DNA of 34,880 nt, from the NCBI GenBank assembly GCA_013695705.1, contig JACCZX010000302.1, positions 1 through 34,880 of the forward strand, read 5' to 3'. The DNA comes from Burkholderiaceae bacterium. GTDB taxonomy: Bacteria; Pseudomonadota; Gammaproteobacteria; Burkholderiales; Burkholderiaceae_F. Below are positions 9,413 through 17,882 of the stretch, one piece after another. Under the pieces are notes generated by a model. That model had not been told where the DNA came from, did not search any database, and saw nothing but the letters and a program-made list of their open reading frames with translations. A program made the translations under genes and the position numbers. The number at the start of each line of letters is the position of its first letter. Position 1 is the first letter of the stretch.

Positions 9413-10563
9413 AGCCCGATGTCGATGTCGAACAGATCGGCCGCGCCTTCTCCCGCGGCGGCAACCTGCTCGGCCGATGCATCGCTTAGGAATTGATCCA
9501 TGCCGGCCGTGGTCATGGCTGCCACCACCTGCAGCCGATATTTGAGACTTCGTATCACGGCAAACGGAGTGAACAGTCCCAGTGTGAGAAAAAGTAGGAT
9601 GATGTTGACGAAGTAAATACGCGTCATCGGCAGCATGCGCGCCTGGCTCGTGAAGCGCACTTCGCCAAGGGTCGTGTTGTTCCAGATCCGGTTCTGCAGC
9701 AGCACGACAAAGGCGGCGATCAGCAACAGGTACAGCGCATAGAACACAATGATTCCAACCGCGATGCCGACGTAGGGAATCTCTCCGCCCGCCTGGTAAA
9801 AACCGTAACCGACGGCGAATACGATGCCTCCGACCACCACCGCGACACCGAGCGAAATGAGAAAGACGATGCCATAGATAGCGTAGAAGGTGCCGGCCGT
9901 GGCAGTGAAGCGCGCGGCGGTCGATCCGAGAAAACTGTTGCCGTGCTGGTAACGCTTGAAGCGATAGTGCAGATAAGGCACGAGCGCGAAGTAGAGCAGG
10001 AATGCGATGCCGAAGAACGCGGCAAACCAGGCGGGTGGATCGAACGCCTCTTCGTCTACAAATGCGCCCGCCAGTGCGCCTGACAAAACGGCGAGCAGCA
10101 CCGGTGCAGCGATCAGATACAGCTCACCGAGGCGGCCGGCGAAACGAAAACGAATGCCGCGGTAGCTCGAATAGCGCAAACGAAAGCGCAGCGACTGCCA
10201 AATCAGCCATGGAAAGATCGCGGCCAGCAAAGCTAGAGTGACGAGGCCGGCCGTCAGTGAAAATCGGAAGCTGAAGTTGTAGGCGATCACCAGCACCAGC
10301 GCGATCAACCTGCCTTTCAATATCGCGATTGGAGAACCGTGGTAGTCGAACGACGAGCCGGCGATCTGCGTGTTGCGGTACATGTATTTCAAGCGCCGCA
10401 CCTTGGCCCACGCTGAGTAAATGCCGAGCGTGACGATCGTCAGCAATAAATTGACGATCCATATGCGGAAGTACTCGCTGCCGCTGCCGAGAAAGCGCAC
10501 CGGATATTCGGTCGCAACATCGCCGGCGGGCGCCGCTGCTGCCGCTGCGGATACATCATGCAT
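9409..10563 (-). CDS. DUF898 / YjgN-family polytopic inner-membrane protein
   Basis: The start is set at ATG 10563 (MHDVSAAAA...YPVRFLGSGSEYFRIWIVNLLLTIVTLGIYSAWAKVRR). The internal duplication (F.G.....F.I...N..L...TLG...P.A) is typical of YjgN proteins. The longer ORF to 10785 overlaps the groEL 3' end and crosses its terminator, so I discounted it. Confidence 0.8.
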   Translation of the reverse strand: MHDVSAAAAAAPAGDVATEYPVRFLGSGSEYFRIWIVNLLLTIVTLGIYSAWAKVRRLKYMYRNTQIAGSSFDYHGSPIAILKGRLIALVLVIAYNFSFRFSLTAGLVTLALLAAIFPWLIWQSLRFRLRYSSYRGIRFRFAGRLGELYLIAAPVLLAVLSGALAGAFVDEEAFDPPAWFAAFFGIAFLLYFALVPYLHYRFKRYQHGNSFLGSTAARFTATAGTFYAIYGIVFLISLGVAVVVGGIVFAVGYGFYQAGGEIPYVGIAVGIIVFYALYLLLIAAFVVLLQNRIWNNTTLGEVRFTSQARMLPMTRIYFVNIILLFLTLGLFTPFAVIRSLKYRLQVVAAMTTAGMDQFLSDASAEQVAAAGEGAADLFDIDIGL

Positions 10564-10629
10564 GATCACCCTCTCTGTTCTTGTGGCGCGGTTGTAGCGG
10601 AGTGCCGGCGCAAGAGCAATCACGGGGCG

Positions 10630-10659
10630 AAAGAAAGCCCGCCGAAGCGGGCTTTCTTT
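10630..10659 (-). terminator. Intrinsic terminator of groESL
   Basis: A perfect 13-bp stem (aaagaaagcccgc / gcgggctttcttt) with a UUCG loop on the groEL-sense strand lies 26 nt after the groEL stop. The 3' arm is U-rich (cuuucuuu). Confidence 0.7.
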
Positions 10660-10684
10660 GACTCTACAAAGTGAAGGCGTTCGA

Positions 10685-12358
<1,674 letters not shown>

Positions 12359-12404
12359 TTAAGTAGTCGGACCGCGCAGCGGGCCGATGGTCAATGGATG
12401 GGCG

Positions 12405-12692
12405 TTATGCAATAACGCCCATCAAATCTTCTTCGCGCATCACCAGCAGCTCGTCGCCTTCGACCTTGACGGTCTGGCCCGAGTACTTGCCGAACAGCAC
12501 GCGATCGCCGACTTTGACGTCGAGCGTAATAACCTTGCCGTTATCGTCGCGCTTGCCCGGACCGACAGCGACTATTTCGCCTTGATCTGGTTTTTCGGCG
12601 GCGTTGTCAGGAATGACGATGCCAGAGGCAGTCTTACGCTCGTTGTCCAGGCGTTTGACCATTACTCGATCGTGCAGAGGACGGATCTTCAT
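12405..12692 (-). CDS. groS: Co-chaperonin GroES (Cpn10)
   Basis: The ATG at 12692 gives [29 protein letters not shown]..., 95 aa. The upstream extension of the ORF to 12761 runs into the CIRCE region, so I discounted it. Confidence 0.97.
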   Translation of the reverse strand: MKIRPLHDRVMVKRLDNERKTASGIVIPDNAAEKPDQGEIVAVGPGKRDDNGKVITLDVKVGDRVLFGKYSGQTVKVEGDELLVMREEDLMGVIA

Positions 12693-12764
12693 GGGTTCTC
12701 CAGGTTGATAATTTCTCGACAGGGCGAGAAAACGAAAATCGGAAGCGGCGAATAATGCCACCTA

Positions 12765-12791
12765 TTAGCACTCTCCGCATTCGAGTGCTAA
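12765..12791 (-). promoter_or_regulatory. CIRCE operator (HrcA binding site)
   Basis: TTAGCACTC-N9-GAGTGCTAA is a perfect match to the CIRCE consensus inverted repeat. It lies 73 nt upstream of the groES ATG. Confidence 0.9.
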
Positions 12792-12818
12792 ATGGGAGCA
12801 AACCGCCCCGATTCAAGC
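12792..12818 (-). promoter_or_regulatory. Candidate sigma-32-type heat-shock promoter of groESL
   Basis: The minus strand reads gCTTGAAt-(14-15 nt)-tCCCATtT immediately upstream of CIRCE, close to the CTTGAAA/CCCCATNT consensus. This is a pattern match only. Confidence 0.4.
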
Positions 12819-13014
12819 CTGGAAAACTGTTTTCACACAAGCCGCAACCGCTCAAGAGCCAAACACGAGCGCCCGTCGCTTAGAAGTGACCACTAACATT
12901 TACCCGTGAGACTGTAAGGTTCGTCCTAGCGATGAACACGCAGTAAGAGAAAATTTTCTTCAACCGTACTGCAAACGCGCTATTAGGTGACCCCCGCGGG
13001 CGCCGAAGATTAGG

Positions 13015-13025
13015 CGTTAACCGTA
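13015..13025 (+). repeat. Left copy of the 11-nt direct repeat CGTTAACCGTA flanking the Cas6e-like ORF
   Basis: An exact 11-mer ends 1 nt before the ATG at 13026. An 8-mer sub-copy, AACCGTAC, is also at 12962-12969. Confidence 0.5.
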
Positions 13026-13736
13026 ATGGGGTGTTACGTGGCAATCGATTTTCCGCTTCGGCTTCCGCAACATTGGCTTGCATCGTCTGCACCCAGAGGC
13101 AAAGGGCCGAAGGAAACGTTGCGCGCTTTTGTCGACAGCGTGATGAGCTACACGAAAATGGACGTGCCGACGGTCGAGTTGTTCGAGACCGCAGTCACAT
13201 TCGACGAGAAGCATCGCGATCCCTTGTCGGCTCACCAATGTTTGTCGCGTACCTTCGGCAAGAAAGCGGGGGTCAGCTTCGTGTTTCGTGCCGATACCGC
13301 GAGCCCGGGCCGATACTGGGTTTATTCGGCCGATCCGTGGCTCGAGCCGCCAGCCGAAGCAGTTAGTGCGCTCGCCCCGAAGCGACTGATGGTGCAGTTA
13401 TGCGAAGGACTGCCGTATCGATTTACGCTCGAAGCGTGTGTCGGCCGTGAAAAACTGGTTGCCGGCGAAAAAGAGGTCGAACCATTTCGCACGGCGGAGG
13501 AAGTCGAGGCGTGGATAAAAGTCACCGGCCCGAAGCTCGGCTTCAAAGTCGACTTCTTTAACGTGGCCATCAAGGAACTGCAGTTTCCCTATGGTGAGCG
13601 CACCATAAAGTTGCCGTACGCTTCGATCGAAGGTGTGCTGCAGGTGACAGATGCCGAGTTGATGAAACGGCCGTTGTTACGTGGTATCGGCTCGTATCGC
13701 AGAGTCGGTTTGGGGCTGCTGCAGTTGTCCAACTGA
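13026..13736 (+). CDS. Stand-alone Cas6e (CasE/Cse3)-like RAMP endoribonuclease homologue
   Basis: The C-terminus ASIEGVLQVTDAELMKRPLLRGIGSYRRVGLGLLQLSN matches the Cas6e glycine-rich tail as I remember it (E. coli CasE ...FEGVLTINDAPALIDLVQQGIGPAKSMGCGLLSLAPL; T. thermophilus Cse3 ...LRRGVGPGKALGLGLLSVAP). The middle G.PYRFTLEA...(x)..AEEVEAWIKVTGPKLGFKV parallels G..L.FRLRANP....E...WL.RK....GF. The N-terminal DPLSAHQCLSRTF parallels the catalytic-His region (NPYEMHRTLSKAV). The Cas6e-like core would begin near ATG 13143 or 13158 (192-197 aa), and the longest ORF adds a 39-44 aa extension. No obvious SD precedes any of the three ATGs. Confidence 0.65.
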   Translation: MGCYVAIDFPLRLPQHWLASSAPRGKGPKETLRAFVDSVMSYTKMDVPTVELFETAVTFDEKHRDPLSAHQCLSRTFGKKAGVSFVFRADTASPGRYWVYSADPWLEPPAEAVSALAPKRLMVQLCEGLPYRFTLEACVGREKLVAGEKEVEPFRTAEEVEAWIKVTGPKLGFKVDFFNVAIKELQFPYGERTIKLPYASIEGVLQVTDAELMKRPLLRGIGSYRRVGLGLLQLSN

Positions 13737-13743
13737 CTGCGAT

Positions 13744-13754
13744 CGTTAACCGTA
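13744..13754 (+). repeat. Right copy of the 11-nt direct repeat CGTTAACCGTA
   Basis: An exact 11-mer begins 8 nt after the Cas6e-like stop codon (13734-13736). Confidence 0.5.
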
Positions 13755-13796
13755 CGCGCCGGGATGCGCTTTTGGTTTTGTCCCCCGCGCTATGCG

Positions 13797-14618
13797 TCAT
13801 CGCGCCCCGATCCGCAGCTCTTCCGTCCACACGCTTTCCGGCTGCGTTAGAAGAAACCGCACGGCTTCGGCCACCTCGCTCGGCTGCAGAAATTTTTCGC
13901 CTTGTGCCTGCCGCTGCAACTTGCCCTCGATCGTGTCGGCCCCGAAATCGGTCAGGATGCCTCCGGGCAAAATCGAACTGACCCGGATGCCTTGCCCTCG
14001 CAGCTCGAGCGCCAACGTGCGCATCAGCGCCAGCAGTGCCCACTTGCTCGCTGCGTACGCGCCCAGGCCGGGCATCACGCCATAAGAAAACTCAGAGCCG
14101 ATCGCGATCATCATTCCCCGCGTCGCGCGTAGATGCGGAATCGCTGCGCGCGCGACAAGAAACGCGCTGGTCACATTGGTGGCAAACACGCGCTGCCAAT
14201 TTTCGAGCGAAAACTGCTCGATGCCTCCTACCAGCCCGACCCCCGCATTCAGGATGACAGCGTCGAGACGCGCGAAGTGGCGGACCGCCGTTTCCATGGC
14301 GCACGTGACGTCGGCCTCATTGGTAAGATCGGCAGCGATCGGGAGCGCGCAGGCGACAAGCAATGCACGACTCAGAATCTGGTCGCTGCGCGTGTTGACA
14401 CCGAGCGGCAGCCGCTGTTGATTCGTGTGATCGCCGCATGTTTCCGCCACCGATGTGAGCAGATCTGCGCGTCGCGCCACCAGTGCCACCTTCGCTCCGC
14501 TCGCTGTCAGCATGCGCGCGATCGTCGCGCCGACGCCGCTGCTAGCGCCCGCTACCAGGATGACTTTATCCCGCAATGAATTGGTCACTGCAGTTTTCGA
14601 GTGGATTTTTTCTGTCAT
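13797..14618 (-). CDS. Short-chain dehydrogenase/reductase (classical SDR)
   Basis: VAGASSGVGATIA (TGxxxGxG-type), NAGVG and S...YAASK catalytic motifs. The ATG overlaps the stop of the upstream Gfo/Idh/MocA gene (ATGA). Confidence 0.85.
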   Translation of the reverse strand: MTEKIHSKTAVTNSLRDKVILVAGASSGVGATIARMLTASGAKVALVARRADLLTSVAETCGDHTNQQRLPLGVNTRSDQILSRALLVACALPIAADLTNEADVTCAMETAVRHFARLDAVILNAGVGLVGGIEQFSLENWQRVFATNVTSAFLVARAAIPHLRATRGMMIAIGSEFSYGVMPGLGAYAASKWALLALMRTLALELRGQGIRVSSILPGGILTDFGADTIEGKLQRQAQGEKFLQPSEVAEAVRFLLTQPESVWTEELRIGAR

Positions 14619-15634
14619 CCGACTCGAGCGACGTCGACTCGCATCCCGCCCGCTGCAAGTGATTTTTCAAACGCAAGCGTTAGCGCCAATGTGCGCACCC
14701 CCTCCTCGAAGCTGGCGCCGACTGCGCCCGGATCAGCTGCGCGCGCCGCAGTAATGAACTTGCGAAGCGACGCATACCAGGAGGCTGCGCCCGAGAAGCC
14801 ATGCGGCACGATATTGGAAATTGGCTCGGCTATGTGCGAGATTGCGGACCCATCACAATGGCCCGACATTGCCTCCGGAAAAAAATTCAGATGCAGATGC
14901 AGATCGCGGGCGACCACGTCGATGCTCCAACGCCCGCCATGAGTGGCGCAGCTCAGGCCGAAACTCCCCACGCCGCCCGATGCAAATTCGATCGTCGCCG
15001 CCGCGACATCCTCGACCGCGCACCCCGCAGGTTCCAGTAAATTGCGCGCGCCGACATACGTAACGCGCCGGGCGTCACCGCCGAACAGCCGCATCAAGTC
15101 GATGATATGCGTACCCGACTCGACCAACGCCCCGCCCGAGAGTGACTTATCGCGCCACCACACCGGCGGAGGTGCGGCGGTAATGACCGTGCCCTGAATC
15201 AATCCCACAGCACGACTGCCCAACAAAGTGCGTGCCCGGTGCACAAGTGGCGAACTGCGCCACATATAGCCGCTGGCGGCGACCACGCCGGACTTGCGCA
15301 CCGCGTCGAGGTCATGCAACGCTGCTTCGATACTGAGACCGACCGGCTTTTCCGCATACAGATGAACGTCGGCATTCGCGATGCGCGCGACGACACCGGC
15401 GGTGGCAAAGGGCGGCAGGCAGACAATCAGTGCATCGAGTCCGCAGCTCAGCAGTTCGTCCAGGCCTGACACCACCGCCGCTTTGCGTGAGTCAGCCAGG
15501 TCGTGAGCGCGCGCGGAATCAATGTCCGCCACTGCGACCAACTCGGCTTCGGGTATTTGATCGAGGTTGCGCGCGTGGATTCCGGCGATCGTCCCGGCGC
15601 CCAGCATGCCGAGGCGAAGTGCGCGATCGGTCAT
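14615..15634 (-). CDS. Gfo/Idh/MocA-family NAD(P)-dependent oxidoreductase
   Basis: LGMLGAGTIAGIHARNL Rossmann N-terminus, the EKP motif (YAEKPVGL), and an alpha/beta C-terminal domain. 339 aa. Confidence 0.85.
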   Translation of the reverse strand: MTDRALRLGMLGAGTIAGIHARNLDQIPEAELVAVADIDSARAHDLADSRKAAVVSGLDELLSCGLDALIVCLPPFATAGVVARIANADVHLYAEKPVGLSIEAALHDLDAVRKSGVVAASGYMWRSSPLVHRARTLLGSRAVGLIQGTVITAAPPPVWWRDKSLSGGALVESGTHIIDLMRLFGGDARRVTYVGARNLLEPAGCAVEDVAAATIEFASGGVGSFGLSCATHGGRWSIDVVARDLHLHLNFFPEAMSGHCDGSAISHIAEPISNIVPHGFSGAASWYASLRKFITAARAADPGAVGASFEEGVRTLALTLAFEKSLAAGGMRVDVARVG

Positions 15635-15831
15635 CTCTGTGAAACGTCAATTGCTATTCTAAACACGCGTGTCCTCACGCGACATAATAGCGAGCAAGCG
15701 AAGCGGTATGTATCCGACGACAGTCACCGCTGCACATATGCAATCGCAAACGAAAACGGCGCCGAGCCCCCTTTTTTAGGCGCATTCATGAACCCTCGGA
15801 ACATCGAACGCGGCTTACGATCGCGTGACAA

Positions 15832-17268
15832 ATGATGCTGACGACCTTATTGAAAGTGGCGTTCACAACCGGCATGACGCTGCTGCTTGCGTCGCCAGCG
15901 GCGGTGACAGCGCAGCCCGTGCAAGGCGCTGCGCTGCTACCTGAGGCGGTGCTTGTCGCGCTGAAGCAAGCCAACGTGCCGGCGTCCGCGGTCGGCGTCG
16001 CCGTCATTCCGTTGTCTGGCGCGGGGTTGACGCTGGCGGCGAATGAAAGCCAGTCGATGAATCCGGCATCGACGATGAAGCTAGTTACCACGCTGGCCGG
16101 GCTCGAGCTGCTCGGTCCGCAGTATCAATGGCGCACTGATGTGCTAAGCGCAGCCCCGGTGCGCAACGGCGTGCTCGAAGGCGATTTATGGCTGCGCGGC
16201 AGCGGCGATCCGCAACTTGTGATTGAAGATATGTGGCTGTTGGTGCAGCGACTGCGCGGCGCCGGGGTGCGTGAGATTCGCGGCAATCTAATGCTCGATC
16301 GCAGCGCCTTCGAGCCGGCACCGCATGATTCAGGCGCCTTTGATGGCGAAGCGCTGCGGCCCTATAACGCCGGGCCCGATGCTCTGTTGTTGAACTACAA
16401 GGCCGTTAGTTTTCATTTTTCAGTGGACGCCGATGCGAAGCAGGCACGCGTCTACCCTTTGCCTGCCCTGGCAGGCATGGTGGTGCCGCCAACGGTGCGC
16501 GGCACTGAGGGCGCTTGCAACGACTGGCGTGGACGTCTCGGCGGCGACTTCACTGATCCGCTGCGTCCGGTGTTTCGAGGCGCTTATCCGCTGTCGTGCG
16601 GCGACAAGGTCTGGCACGTCAGCGTTTTGAGCAATGTGCAATACGCCGAAGCGTTGTTTCGTTCGCTCTGGGAATCGAGCGGCGGTGTGTGGAAGGGCCG
16701 CGTTCGCGAAGGTTTGGTACCGGCGGATGCGAAAAGATTGGCACAACACGAATCCAAGCCGCTCGCCGAAGTGATTCGCGACATCAACAAGTACAGCAAT
16801 AACGTAATGGCGCGGCAGTTGTTTCTTACGCTCGGAGCGGAGGCCACGCGCCGCCCAGCGAACACCGAGCGCGCGCAGCGGGCGGTGGGTGACTGGCTGG
16901 TAGCTCGCGGCCTCGATCGTCGTGACTTCGTGCTCGAAAATGGCGCTGGGTTATCGCGCGTCGAGCGTGTGACGCCGGCGGGGCTTGCACGATTGCTGCA
17001 GGGTGCATTCGCGTCGCCACTTATGCCCGAATTCGTGTCGTCGCTGCCGATCGTTGGTATCGATGGCACCATGCGCCGTCGCAGCGGCGCCGCCGGATCA
17101 GCGCATATCAAGACGGGGTTGTTGTCAGATACGCGCGCTATCGCAGGCTACGTGCTGGCAGCGAGCGGTAAGCACTATGCGGTGGTGGCGATTATCAATC
17201 ACCCCAACGCCGGCGCCGGGCAACCGGCGCTCGACGCGCTGCTCAACTGGATATTTGTGCAGGGCTAG
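15832..17268 (+). CDS. dacB: D-alanyl-D-alanine carboxypeptidase/endopeptidase, PBP4 family
   Basis: A signal peptide plus the STMK (SxxK), YSNN (SxN) and KTG motifs in the correct order. 478 aa. Confidence 0.9.
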   Translation: MMLTTLLKVAFTTGMTLLLASPAAVTAQPVQGAALLPEAVLVALKQANVPASAVGVAVIPLSGAGLTLAANESQSMNPASTMKLVTTLAGLELLGPQYQWRTDVLSAAPVRNGVLEGDLWLRGSGDPQLVIEDMWLLVQRLRGAGVREIRGNLMLDRSAFEPAPHDSGAFDGEALRPYNAGPDALLLNYKAVSFHFSVDADAKQARVYPLPALAGMVVPPTVRGTEGACNDWRGRLGGDFTDPLRPVFRGAYPLSCGDKVWHVSVLSNVQYAEALFRSLWESSGGVWKGRVREGLVPADAKRLAQHESKPLAEVIRDINKYSNNVMARQLFLTLGAEATRRPANTERAQRAVGDWLVARGLDRRDFVLENGAGLSRVERVTPAGLARLLQGAFASPLMPEFVSSLPIVGIDGTMRRRSGAAGSAHIKTGLLSDTRAIAGYVLAASGKHYAVVAIINHPNAGAGQPALDALLNWIFVQG

Positions 17269-17277
17269 CGTGCACCG

Positions 17278-17874
17278 TCACATACCGCTGTACTTGATCG
17301 TGCATCCGTACGCCTGATTGCTCGCCTTTGACACAGGCTTGCCTGCTTTCACATCGGTCAACGCAGCCACGACATAGTTGCTCGCTGTTTTGACGTCGGC
17401 CACATTGGTGCTTCGTTTGTCGTCGATCGCGCCGGCGTAAACCAGCGTTCCATTGGGGTCGATCACGTACATGTGCGGCGTGACTTTGGCGCCGAAGGCG
17501 CGTCCCACTTCGCCCTTCGTATCCATCAGTACAGCCGTGGGCGCCGCGTTGTGCTGCTTGAACCACGCAGCCAGCTTAGCGGGCGCCATGTAGTCCGAAT
17601 TATCGTCGGCCGTCGAGTTGATCGACAGCCACGCAACATTTTCAGCGCCGAAGCGTTTCTGCAGCGACTGCATGTTGCCGCTGTCGTAGTGCTTCTGCAC
17701 GAACGGGCAACCGGGGTTGTTCCACTCGAGCACGACGTACTTACCTTTGAAGTCGGCTAACGACACTTGCTTCCCGGCGACATCTGCCGCGCGAAAATTG
17801 GGAGCAGATTGACCTGGCGTTGGCTGCGCCAGCACACCGGCAGTCAGTGACGATGCGAGCAAGCCCGTTAGCAA
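17278..17874 (-). CDS. Secreted thioredoxin-fold (redoxin/AhpC-TSA-like) protein
   Basis: The KYVVLEWNNPGCPFVQKHY active-site region sits in a thioredoxin-fold context. A TTG start lies 8 nt after the DsbD-family stop, and the hydrophobic N-terminus is short. Confidence 0.7.
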   Translation of the reverse strand: MLTGLLASSLTAGVLAQPTPGQSAPNFRAADVAGKQVSLADFKGKYVVLEWNNPGCPFVQKHYDSGNMQSLQKRFGAENVAWLSINSTADDNSDYMAPAKLAAWFKQHNAAPTAVLMDTKGEVGRAFGAKVTPHMYVIDPNGTLVYAGAIDDKRSTNVADVKTASNYVVAALTDVKAGKPVSKASNQAYGCTIKYSGM

Positions 17875-17882
17875 TGATCGAG

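Noticed and set aside
12981-13025. A possible degenerate CRISPR repeat or mini-array upstream of the Cas6e-like gene (ATTAGG spaced 28 nt; gtgaCCCCCGCG...AACCG resembling the termini of I-E repeats).
   Set aside because: Only short words match. There is no full-length repeat, no repeat-spacer periodicity and no stable Cas6e-type stem (CCCGCGGG alone cannot form a realistic hairpin). It is kept only as a weak hint inside the leader finding.
12880-13092. A 70-aa minus-strand ORF in the AT-richer leader, overlapping the start of the Cas6e-like ORF.
   Set aside because: It has no RBS, no recognisable motif and an odd composition, and it would run head-on into the groESL promoter region. It is most likely spurious, although expression data would be needed to exclude a small protein.
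15635-15831. A hairpin-like gcgcc...ggcgc with a T6 run, and a cacgcgtg palindrome, in the divergent Gfo/Idh/MocA-dacB intergenic region.
   Set aside because: The T-run lies in the loop rather than after the stem, so this is not an intrinsic terminator. No transcript ends are expected between divergent starts. The palindromes are too short to assign to a regulator.
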